Shown here: piece by piece, positions 23,501-27,367 of the stretch
Position numbering within the stretch: position 1 is the first letter of the stretch
How the letters are laid out: each line of letters begins with the position of its first letter
IMG/VR virus record: IMGVR_UViG_3300025288_000092
Coordinates: 1 to 27,367 of that record
Source: a virus
Lineage: Duplodnaviria; Caudoviricetes
Reading direction: 5' to 3' (one strand)
DNA: 27,367 nucleotides
Notes under the pieces: model-generated
Seen by the model: only the letters and a program-made list of their open reading frames with translations
Told to the model about the DNA's origin: nothing
Databases searched by the model: none
Made by a program: the position numbers and the translations under genes

Positions 23501-25911
23501 AGTATGGTGCTGGATTCAAGCTCCGCTAACGCTTCCTTGGTTAATCCAATGGCGGCATTGGATTTGAGTTGCTTGTCGAGTGCGTCCTGTACTGTTTTTG
23601 CTTGTTTGTCTTGCGCTTTGATGGCAGATTCACGCGCTTTGTTGGTTTCTTTAATGACATCGGCCTCAGCCTTCAGGCCGGCTGCCTCAGCCTTCAAGCC
23701 AGCGACCATGTAGGGTTGCTTGGCAATGATGGCTTCCAGGCCTTTGCGGTATTCGTCCAGGTTGCCGTCTTTGGCAAACTTGGCAGCAAGTAAGGCTTGC
23801 TGTTCGGCAAAGTTGGATGTAAGGCCGGTACTGACGGCCATCAGGTCGTTGTACAGCTTTAAGCCTTTTTCGGCTTCGCTGATCACCTTCGCCCCGGTGC
23901 TGACGGCTTTGTCTTTTTCGCCTAGCGACTTGACCAAGCCGTTGATGGTTGTTGCATAAGCGGCGGTGATCTCTTCGGATGGGTTTTGGATGCTGCTGTA
24001 TTCGGCTTTTGCCTTTGCAATTTCGCGCTCCAACTTGACCTGGTTGGTGGCATATTTTTCAGCTTCCTTGAGTAAGGATATTTTTGCCGCATCTTGCTTG
24101 AGTGATTCTGCTTTTATCTCTGCTGTGCGTTTTGTCAATCGCTCTACTTCGACCAAGTTGGCTAATTCGGCCTGCATGTTTCTTAAGTCAGCGCCAAATA
24201 AACCTGGGTTATAGGCCAGGTTCTTTTGTGTGTCGGCAATGCGTTCACGCAGTAAATTTATTTTGTCAGTTGCAGTGTCTGCCCGGCCAACACCTAGCAT
24301 GGCATCCCATGCGGACTTGGCTGACCCAACAATTCCACGCCACGCTTTTTCAACAAGTCCCAGGTTTTGCGTCAAGTCTGGTAGCCGGTCGTTCATTGCA
24401 TCGCTGTAAGCGCGTTGGGCAAGTGCAGCAGCGCCCAGGTTGTCGCCCTGGTCTTTCAGAGCCTTGATCTGGTTGTAGATTTCGGCGGTGAGGTAGCGGG
24501 TGGATTCATTGAGTTTTTCGCTGGCAGAAACAGGGTCTTTTGCAAGGTCGGCAAACGCTTTTACAGTGTCCCCAACAGCAATGCCAGCCTCGCGCTGCAA
24601 CTTGACAGCAAGCCCGGCAAACTGCGCCATGTTCTGGGTTGCAACTTTTCCAGACGCTGCAAGTTGTGCCACTGCGTCTGACGTTGCCCCTATGGTTGCC
24701 CCGGTGGTTTTGCTGGCAACCTGAGCCATTGATTTCAATTGGCCGGTAGTCGCACCAATTGCGTTGCCAGACATAACCAATGCCTTGTTGTAGGCATCAA
24801 GCTCTTGGCTTCCTTTGAAATAGGCAAAGCCAACCGTACCGGCGGCAGCAGCCAGCAATGTGAACGGATTGATCAGGCCTATGATGTAGCCAGAGAGCGC
24901 TTTGAACGCATTACCAACGCCGCCGAACACGTCCTTCAGTTGCCCGCCTTGTTGTAGCAGTACGGTGAGCGGCGCTTGCCCGCCTTGCAGCGAAACAATG
25001 ATGTCGGTGAATTGTGCGGGGACTTGGCGAAGGGCGGCGGCTGTGCCTTTTGCCGTCAGCCCCATTTCATTAAAGCGTGGGTTGGTCTTGGCGATCTGCT
25101 GCTCAATAGCTTTTAGACCAGCAACTTGACGGTTTATTTCATCTTGCGGTATGCCAAAAATCTTACCGCGAATGGCTGCTCGTTCTGATGCAGTTTTACC
25201 AGTTGCCTCAAGCTCAAGCGCTGCACTCTTAACTGAGTTTTGGTAGGCTTTTAGATCGGCTGTTTCTTTTGCAACACGTTTTGCCTCATTAGCCGCCCAT
25301 TGATTTTTCAGTTGCTCATAGTGAGCATTTTCTGCCTGTATGGCGCGAATAGCCTCTAGTTCAATGCGCTTCTTTTCTGCAACAAGTACAGCATTAACCT
25401 TGAACATGCGCTCGTCTTGCGCTTGCAATGCTGCTTTTGCCTCTTTCCCTGCTCGGATTGCTTCAAGCTCAATCCTTTTGTTTTCTGTAATTCTTTGCGC
25501 ATTGAGCGCATTCCAGTGGTCGTTTTCAGCTTTTGCTTCAGCAATGGCTTTTTGCGATGCGAGAACACCGTCTAACTCGCTACGCGCCGCTTTTAACGCA
25601 GCAACTTGACCAGCCACATCGCCAAAAGATACGCCTTTTCTTTCAATTAGTTGTTGTGCTTTGCCAACTTCATCGTATGCCCTTGCCTGCGCAATAACGG
25701 CATCTGTTTGTCGGATTATGTTGTCTCTTAAAGACTTTACTTTACCGCTAACTTTTTCAATCTTTACTTCGTCACCGACCTTTGACATCGATGCGCCAGC
25801 GTTGTCAGCAGATACGGCAACGCCATCAACGGCTTTGGCAATGTCGTTAAGCGACTGCTTTGCTTGCCCGCCGTTAACAACAATTTCAATCTCTGCGCGC
25901 TCGTTTGCCAT
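20587..25911 (-). CDS. Tail length tape measure protein
   Basis: 1774 aa, Ala-rich and helical; lambda-type LRQVPAQFTDIIVSLQGGQAPLTVLLQQGGQLKDVFGG; C-terminal AFDVGTNYVP..IHEGEAIIP; follows the chaperone genes. Confidence 0.95.
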   Translation of the reverse strand: MANERAEIEIVVNGGQAKQSLNDIAKAVDGVAVSADNAGASMSKVGDEVKIEKVSGKVKSLRDNIIRQTDAVIAQARAYDEVGKAQQLIERKGVSFGDVAGQVAALKAARSELDGVLASQKAIAEAKAENDHWNALNAQRITENKRIELEAIRAGKEAKAALQAQDERMFKVNAVLVAEKKRIELEAIRAIQAENAHYEQLKNQWAANEAKRVAKETADLKAYQNSVKSAALELEATGKTASERAAIRGKIFGIPQDEINRQVAGLKAIEQQIAKTNPRFNEMGLTAKGTAAALRQVPAQFTDIIVSLQGGQAPLTVLLQQGGQLKDVFGGVGNAFKALSGYIIGLINPFTLLAAAAGTVGFAYFKGSQELDAYNKALVMSGNAIGATTGQLKSMAQVASKTTGATIGATSDAVAQLAASGKVATQNMAQFAGLAVKLQREAGIAVGDTVKAFADLAKDPVSASEKLNESTRYLTAEIYNQIKALKDQGDNLGAAALAQRAYSDAMNDRLPDLTQNLGLVEKAWRGIVGSAKSAWDAMLGVGRADTATDKINLLRERIADTQKNLAYNPGLFGADLRNMQAELANLVEVERLTKRTAEIKAESLKQDAAKISLLKEAEKYATNQVKLEREIAKAKAEYSSIQNPSEEITAAYATTINGLVKSLGEKDKAVSTGAKVISEAEKGLKLYNDLMAVSTGLTSNFAEQQALLAAKFAKDGNLDEYRKGLEAIIAKQPYMVAGLKAEAAGLKAEADVIKETNKARESAIKAQDKQAKTVQDALDKQLKSNAAIGLTKEALAELESSTILANAAELDRQANLTDGVMRSPEIIAGLKREAKALRDLATAKVSGAQKQAGVDAANDMLKEQKRAAEESGKYWESALMRAFESGKGFFQSLWDTIKNTLKTQVLKVFVQGVVGSVGVGAAGAAFAGGSGGAGDLLGVASNLGTLFNAVSGGLNVALQSSAQVAKLVAEGGLFAGNASVAGFAGGLAATSSMAAAKAAASAGGAQAAGLIVGSFANGLAGYSISKAISGGYKLGAVNTIAGLASAIPGVGPIAGVVGGLVNRAFGRGPTTLTSSGIRGTFSDSGFTGTNYANYQKKGGFFRGNKNWTDISAIDPATLDAWSSAFAGVKGSMTGMATTLGLATDKISAYSKAVDIAAGTTQEQLTTIFTGMADDMASAAAPSIKDFAKIGETASVTLERLSGSLSGVNKWLDTFNEAILESSLIGADAASKLIEAFGGSDAFAARQSEYYAALYSDADRLKKTAENVAKGLALVNVAMPDSIASFNAIRDALNLSTDAGRNTYAVLTALGPEFAQVAKAAEALAATNQKFQDQLDIFSGKQTERSLALRDATDESTRALMRQVFAQEDLRTAVQANLDAANNAMAALQRAVDAQRKIYQSQADAAQEAVNEIKSVFDILGGGIRTLYSQVESTQIAAAGRAFIDNALSNAQATGYLPESAALSDAVQAATNDSTVYASQAESDFAKLALAGTIGKLQKLTGGQLTTAEKQLQTAKDQLTRLDDTLAMAQKQLDAANGINTSVLSVAAALDAFNKSLMGIALSILDALKAGAIGSVDAIAGLKTTAGNPLTKDALSTVATNAGDVQVWASSGGALAVNNGAEQTIYGKDGSKFLATDAISFVNSTLATGSAADVYTAAVKTGISSASLDALMGWQAGTSNTWAVENKLPAFDVGTNYVPRDMMARIHEGEAIIPKAYNPAAGSQKNNEKLERLVEGLTKEVQRLQAIVNDGNTHNRRTADAVNGNPEAPTLVQIV

Positions 25912-26213
25912 TATTTTTTCCGGTGTATTTCAGTCAATGCCGCTGATTCCATGATGCGAATATCTGACAACAAATCAATGGGCAAACATTGCTTGTCCAT
26001 GTAGGTAAAAAGCACGTTGTAATCCAAACCTGATGGGCCGCTCATACCAATTCGCCATTGCGTTTGCATCATGCAAAACAGGTTGAAAACTTCGGTGTTT
26101 TCCTCCCACACATCCACCTCTTCTCCCTCGTAGTCAGCAAGCGTTAGTCCTGTGCCTGCAAGGGATTCTTCGGTGGGTTGCGATGCGTAAAGGGCAGTAG
26201 CGGCCTCAATCAG
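25911..26213 (-). CDS. Tail assembly chaperone T part (gpT-like, reached by -1 frameshift)
   Basis: Frame open from 26213 (LIEAATALYASQ..) into VWEEN..TQWRIGMSGPSGLDY. The ORF track shows only 25911..26117. Confidence 0.75.
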   Translation of the reverse strand: MIEAATALYASQPTEESLAGTGLTLADYEGEEVDVWEENTEVFNLFCMMQTQWRIGMSGPSGLDYNVLFTYMDKQCLPIDLLSDIRIMESAALTEIHRKK

Positions 26214-26593
26214 TTTTTTGTGCGGCCTTCTGTTACAGCGGTGCGGTATGTTTCCATGATGCTGTTTGAAACACCTGGGAATTCATCGCAAAGTTGTTGC
26301 AGGTTGGTCTTGTTCAATTCATCGTCAAGGTTCCACCCATCAAGCACTTGAATAAGGTAGTCGGCGTTGGTATCACGGGTTTTTTCCATGATCTCAGCAA
26401 TGGCCACCTTTTCGTCGGTATCGGTTGGTTTAACACCAGCGTCCGCAAAGATGCCGTCAAGGAATGCACCAAATTCTGTGCGTGTGCGGTACTTGAACTC
26501 GCATTCAATCGAGCCTTTAGTGCCGTCAAGCATGTCCACAGTGATGACGCGTTTGAATGATTTTGGGGTTTTCCCAAGTGAGATTTTTGCCAT
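26210..26593 (-). CDS. Tail assembly chaperone (gpG-like)
   Basis: Between tail tube and tape measure; FKYRTR..GWNLDDE..Y..GRTKN; ends in a slippery site. Confidence 0.88.
   Translation of the reverse strand: MAKISLGKTPKSFKRVITVDMLDGTKGSIECEFKYRTRTEFGAFLDGIFADAGVKPTDTDEKVAIAEIMEKTRDTNADYLIQVLDGWNLDDELNKTNLQQLCDEFPGVSNSIMETYRTAVTEGRTKN
26213..26219 (-). other. -1 ribosomal frameshift slippery heptamer A AAA AAC
   Basis: ACA AAA AAC TGA; the -1 frame continues into the T ORF. Confidence 0.8.
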
Positions 26594-26601
26594 TGTTTTT
26601 C

Positions 26602-26666
26602 CTTAGCAGGGTTACAAAATGCCCTTGCCCAGCCTGCCCGCCCTGCTAAGAGCGAAACAAGCCGGG
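26602..26666 (-). promoter_or_regulatory. Putative pseudoknot covering the chaperone ribosome-binding site
   Basis: Stem 26666-26658 / 26636-26628; loop CUUAGCAGGG (26650-26641) is perfectly complementary to CCCUGCUAAG (26611-26602), which overlaps the AAGGA SD. Confidence 0.55.
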
Positions 26667-26676
26667 TAGGTACTTC

Positions 26677-27324
26677 TTAGGATGCGTAGCGGGTGATCTT
26701 GCCGTTGCCGTTGATGGATACCGCGTTGGTCATGATCTGACCGTCTGTCATCTTGACGTTTTCGTTCAGCGATACACGCGATGGTGTCAAGATAACCGCG
26801 CCAGAGCGCAGCGTTTTCTTCAGCACGGTGTCAGTCTGCACTTCAGACAACAGCACCAGCGCGGCGTAGGCTGTGCCGCCAAACTCGTCTGCGTCAATCT
26901 CGAAAGACTCGGTGACCGCAGTGAAGCCGTCGTTGATTGAGTCCTCTACATCCGACTCAAGAAACTTGACCGTGATGTTCTTTGGCTCGCCGCCGCTGGA
27001 GGTTGGGTTGACGATCTTGTTGATCTGCTGGAATGTGGTTACTTTGCGCACCGTGCCGCCACCCGACCCTGACGGGAAGAAGTCGGTGTTGACGGTGTTG
27101 ATGCCCTCGGCCATAAAAGAGTCGGCCAAAGAAGATTTGACGCGAACAACACGGCGGTTCAGCCGACCCCAGCCGCTGTACAGCTGAACAATGTCGCCTG
27201 TGGAAAAGCCGTGTGCGGTGCTTGATACGACCGCTTCGACTGCGTTGGAGATGCCGCTGACTGTCTTTGCGGCTGCAAAGGCGGTGGCAACGGAAAAAAT
27301 AGTACCTGTAGGGACTGAGGCCAT
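26677..27324 (-). CDS. Major tail tube protein
   Basis: 215 aa; ISNA.EAVV..HGF..GD..SGWGRLN.RV.RV..SGGE pattern of siphovirus tail tube proteins; AAGGA SD; position upstream of the chaperones. Confidence 0.88.
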   Translation of the reverse strand: MASVPTGTIFSVATAFAAAKTVSGISNAVEAVVSSTAHGFSTGDIVQLYSGWGRLNRRVVRVKSSLADSFMAEGINTVNTDFFPSGSGGGTVRKVTTFQQINKIVNPTSSGGEPKNITVKFLESDVEDSINDGFTAVTESFEIDADEFGGTAYAALVLLSEVQTDTVLKKTLRSGAVILTPSRVSLNENVKMTDGQIMTNAVSINGNGKITRYAS

Positions 27325-27367
27325 AATAATTTCCTTTAAATGAACGAATTGCCCGCAAAGGGCGTAA

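Larger units (their letters stand above)
1..27367. mobile_element. Temperate siphovirus-like phage genome segment spanning immunity, recombination, int/attP, lysis and tail modules
   Basis: Contiguous phage genes only: repressor/cro, Bet/YqaJ, xis/int, lysis cassette, tape measure and tail tube. Int abuts the lysis genes across a 265-bp att-like spacer with no host genes. Confidence 0.95.

Noticed and set aside
20831-25954. Many + strand ORFs within the tape measure gene
   Set aside because: Antisense shadows of Ala-rich coding sequence with no SD or recognisable motifs.

Overview
The whole window is part of a temperate, long-tailed (siphovirus-like) phage with lambdoid gene order; a Betaproteobacteria/Comamonadaceae host is an inference. 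From left to right: a leftward early operon (cro-like, RHH, a ParB-fold protein and a ParB-HTH protein that is cut by the window edge and missed by the ORF track); an XRE repressor flanked by mirror-image operator/promoter pairs; a rightward early operon (structured leader, a second ParB-HTH + ParB-fold pair, Bet recombinase, YqaJ exonuclease, many small accessory ORFs, AlpA-type excisionase); a convergent tyrosine integrase; an apparently intact attP; then the end of the late operon on the - strand (tail tube, frameshifted chaperone, tape measure, repeat-rich tail proteins, holin, endolysin, Rz/Rz1). No host genes are visible, so this looks like the excised or virion form. The most unusual items are (i) two divergent two-gene ParB-superfamily cassettes, one in each early operon, each ParB-HTH gene carrying an intragenic TGGAA..TTCCA palindrome just upstream of its HTH, and (ii) an attP core that appears to supply a replacement 5' end (MNIVIL) for a host protein-coding gene. 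All family calls come from motif recognition by eye; no database search was run.
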